This document shows positions 59,173-60,083 of a stretch of 60,083 nt of DNA, in pieces. Position numbers and translations under genes: made by a program. Where the stretch lies: positions 1 through 60,083 of the forward strand of contig DAOTYA010000045.1 of the NCBI GenBank assembly GCA_034435075.1, written 5' to 3'. Position 1 is the first letter of the stretch. Every line of letters begins with the position of its first letter. The stretch comes from Anaerolineae bacterium. GTDB lineage: Bacteria; Chloroflexota; Anaerolineae; B4-G1. The notes below the pieces were generated by a model, which made no database searches, had not been told where the DNA came from, and saw nothing but the letters and a program-made list of their open reading frames with translations.

Positions 59173-59841
59173 TCAACTTCCACGTGTAACCCTCACCAAC
59201 GCTGTGCCATGGGTGGTGTTCAAATTGTAGAGTGCTCCACGTGGCACAACGGTAAGCTCTCCTGGATGCAGGTGCAACATGCTCTCGGTGGTACGCACCA
59301 TGGCCGTGCCGTTCTGGACAAAGAGCAGCACATCGTGAGGCGCCGGCACCTCGACAGGCCAGTTTCCCTCTCCCCACGCCACCTGGACATCGGACTCCTC
59401 TACTCTGGCTACCGTGTGGAACTGAAATGGCAGCGGAAGTACACGCAGCGCACCAGAGATACTGGCACGTTTGAGCTTCGCCTCGCCGGCGATGGCGTAA
59501 ATGCGTCGCCGGCCGTTTTTCCGCTCGGGGGCAAAGCCACAACGCAGCAGCAGTACGCTGGCCCGCGCTCCAGCGCTGGAACGATGTCCTACCCCCTTGG
59601 GCACAGTGACCATTTCACCCGGCCGCAACTGCACCTCTCCCCACTCGCTCTCCAGCAGGATAGTCCCATCGTAAGCCCAAAACAACTCATCATTATCCAG
59701 ATGCTTGTGCCACTGCAACACCCCCTGGCAGATGTAAACGCTGACGAGAATATCACCCACGAAGGCGATATTCATCATCATAAAAGGCTTATCTAACTCC
59801 CCTGCAACCTGAGAAACGTTGAGCTTTCTGAGCGCGGTCAT
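59173..59841 (-). CDS. bicupin-domain protein
   Basis: Two cupin-like halves (GVLQWHKHLDNDELFWAYDGTILLE..GEMVTVPKGVGH and ..LLFVQNGTAMV..GELTVVPRGALY). Confidence 0.65.
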   Translation of the reverse strand: MTALRKLNVSQVAGELDKPFMMMNIAFVGDILVSVYICQGVLQWHKHLDNDELFWAYDGTILLESEWGEVQLRPGEMVTVPKGVGHRSSAGARASVLLLRCGFAPERKNGRRRIYAIAGEAKLKRASISGALRVLPLPFQFHTVARVEESDVQVAWGEGNWPVEVPAPHDVLLFVQNGTAMVRTTESMLHLHPGELTVVPRGALYNLNTTHGTALVRVTRGS

Positions 59842-60083
59842 CGGTCAGTGATATGTGATGTACTCCCTGTGTCAGCTTGCGCTACAGCGGCAGTGGCGTC
59901 TATGCGGCTCCCGGGTTGTTAAACGCAGCGTTTTGGATTATACTTCGCCCTGGTAGAATGTCAATTGTATACTGCGCACGGGTGAATTTTGGACTTTTCC
60001 TGAGCGTGGTAGCACGTGGTTGATTATTCAGCCTGCGCCCGCCGGACCACAGTCCGGCGGAGCACATGGCACCTGAGCCACCT

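Noticed and set aside
59933-60083. TTGGAT-15 nt-TGGTAGAAT promoter-like element, followed by the hairpin CCGCCGGAC-caca-GTCCGGCGG and an ATG at 60066.
   Set aside because: The downstream gene runs off the window, the spacer is short (15 nt), and I could not match the leader to a known riboswitch. There is not enough context to call it.

Overview
About 60% GC, densely coding bacterial chromosomal window with roughly 47 protein genes and one tRNA-Gly(GCC). All family calls come from reading motifs by eye; no search, HMM or folding program was run. Protein idioms (LysM-YkuD, multi-GAF kinases, [VI]YLPL[IV]LR protein tails) suggest a Chloroflexota-like organism, but that is inference only.

Gene content:
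- Housekeeping: acpP, etfBA, mutS, mtnA.
- Envelope and glycan: rfbF/G/H CDP-dideoxyhexose genes, GT2, GH38, a clan GH-A hydrolase, LysM-L,D-transpeptidase, two DegT-type aminotransferases.
- A 13-kb co-directional signalling block at 11486-24824: DUF4388 plus a small GTPase; an alpha/beta-hydrolase plus a V4R protein; a hexapeptide protein, acyl-ACP-reductase homologue and REC-GGDEF regulator joined by overlapping stops and starts; a 1784-aa 8xGAF-PAS histidine kinase; a CheY-like REC; and a nucleophile-less hydrolase paralogue.

Stand-out observations:
1. mutS is split inside its Walker A P-loop by a 370-aa intein. The splicing residues are intact, but both LAGLIDADG catalytic acids are replaced.
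2. The signalling block embeds a fatty-aldehyde-type enzyme and two candidate hydrophobic-ligand binders in a two-component/c-di-GMP module. This is my best candidate for an undescribed system.
3. Intergenic DNA is colonised by at least five families of near-identical structured repeats arranged as mosaics. These include an 86-nt three-way-junction palindrome (6 full copies), a MITE with 12-bp TIRs and an 8-bp target duplication, and a filled-site/empty-site pair showing nested insertion.
4. A lower-GC islet carries a PUA-like/HNH nuclease (type IV restriction architecture) beside a truncated PIN toxin and a 0.9-kb gene-free gap.
5. Several apparent pseudo-enzymes: a legumain-like domain without His/Cys, an integrase-like protein without Tyr, and a thiolase-like protein without the nucleophile Cys.
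6. Two large secreted proteins share a C-terminal [VI]YLPL[IV]LR tail.
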